A stretch of 64,000 nt of DNA, from contig NIVC01000291.1 in NCBI GenBank assembly GCA_002269645.1, positions 248,001 through 312,000 on the forward strand, written 5' to 3'. A model generated the notes under the pieces. That model searched no databases. It was given only the letters and a program-made list of their open reading frames with translations, and had not been told where the DNA came from. This stretch comes from Macrostomum lignano (taxonomy: Eukaryota). A program made the position numbers and the translations under genes. Every line of letters starts with the position of its first letter. The stretch's first letter is position 1. Positions 62,655 through 64,000 of this stretch are shown one piece after another.

Positions 62655-63667
62655 TCAGTCTCGACACTGGACTAGAGAATATCTTCCTGATTGAAGAAAA
62701 CAGAAAACAAAGGATAATTTACAGGCACTACAGAGCGCAGAGTCCCTAAGCACTGGAAAACGAGTTCCGCAGAGCCTCCCCAGCCAGCGGGGCGGCACCT
62801 GGCCTTCCAGGTTGAGCACGCGGTCGAAGTAGGCGAGGGCGTGCAGCCGGCCGGCGGTGACAGCACCGCTGAGCTGCAGAATTTTGGCGCGGCGCACCGG
62901 GCAGGGGCAGGCGAGCGCCAGCGCCAAGATGTGGCGCCGCTGCAAGGTGTCGATTCGATCGGGGTCGGCATAGCCTGCGGAGCAGCCAGTCTCCAGGAAG
63001 ATGATGGCGCGCAGCTGCAGCAGCTCAGCGTGGCGAAGGTCCAGCAGGCTCAGGCGCTGCGCCAGCACACGGGTGTGCCGGCTAATCGCGGGCACCTGGC
63101 GGATCAGCGGCTCCTGCCGCTCGTGCAGGCTGAAGCCGGAGCAGAAGTTCAGCCAGCCAGTGTAGGGGTGCGAGTTCCAGGCCACCTGCTCATAGCCAAG
63201 TGGGTCCAGGTGTGATGAGTATAGTATTATATATAGCAAGCTGGAGTACAGAACCCACTACGGCCAGCGGACTCCGCACCTGCAGGACGATGACATCCAG
63301 CCAGTGCTGCTGCAGCAGGGCCACCCGATCATCCAGGATGCCATCAAAGCCGGGCAGTCGCTTTGCCCAGCGCACCAGCGCGCCCAGGTATGACTCGACC
63401 AGCAACCAGATGCCTCTGGACATCAGCTCGGTCATGTCTGGGCCGTCCTGACCGGCGGGCCCGCCGCTCAGATCGACCTGCACCGCCTCCAAGTCCGGGG
63501 TGTCGTCCGCGTTTCCTGTCTCCGCCTGCGGCTGGTCTCGGACAGGCTGGTCGGCCGGAATTCCCGAGCCCGATGGCTTTGGCAGCAGGCGTTGATGGAA
63601 GCCTTGTTGAGGTGGCAGCGGTGGTTGCTGAACTCCGGCCACAGGAGTTTGGCAGGCGTGCCCGATC
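62655..63667 (-). CDS. Nuclear-receptor ligand-binding-domain gene, 3' exons (63280-63667, ~62655-63185)
   Basis: LVRWAKRLPGF...DDRVALLQQHW signature; LDLRHAELLQLRAIIFL (helix 8); 94-nt GT-AG intron 63186-63279. Confidence 0.75.
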
Positions 63668-63699
63668 CTGTCAATTCGTATTATTTAAGCTGCTCAGTC

Positions 63700-63910
63700 A
63701 CTGAATTAGCTTCCGTCACTTCGAACTAGGCTGAGTCACTTTGAACTAGCCTCAGTCACTCTGAACTAGCCTCAGTCATTCTGAACTAAGCTCGGTCACT
63801 CTGAACAAGCCTCAGTCACCTAGAACTAGGCTCAGTCACTCTGAACTAGCCTCGGTCATTCTGAACCAGCCTCAGTCACCCAGAACTAGGCTCAGTCACT
63901 CTGAACTAGC
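63700..63910. repeat. 20-bp minisatellite in the nuclear receptor intron
   Basis: TCACTCTGAACTAGCCTCAG and variants. Confidence 0.85.
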
Positions 63911-64000
63911 CCAGAATTATTCGGGCACTGATTCTCTCAGCCACTGAGGTTCCAATCAGTCACTAACCCCGTATCCGGGGCAAGCGATCGCACCAGAGCT

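Overview
Eukaryotic (animal) genomic DNA with spliceosomal GT-AG introns, many of them filled by intron-specific minisatellites. The style resembles a free-living flatworm such as Macrostomum, but that is inference only. Positions 1-10535 are the right-hand part of a Maverick/Polinton endogenous virus, ending in ACTACT and sitting inside an intron of an ABCC/MRP transporter gene. It carries a truncated pPolB, an intron-containing integrase, minor and major capsid proteins, an adenain-type protease, a packaging ATPase, two conserved-looking hypothetical ORFs and a DEDD-like nuclease. Most unusually, it also carries a divergent two-repeat TATA-binding-protein homolog and a convergent PC4-like gene. 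The rest of the window holds the 3' exons of the ABCC gene, a decayed Gypsy LTR element (18856-23880) with nested MITEs, a repeat/poly-Gly protein, two paralogous secreted Cys-rich precursors, a small peptide precursor, an R3H/AN1 zinc-finger gene and a very AT/TpA-rich block. It ends with a complete 5-exon ACADL gene (with a GPCR, a tyrosine-recombinase remnant and a probable hAT remnant nested in its introns) and a nuclear-receptor LBD gene. No rRNA, tRNA or CRISPR array is supported.
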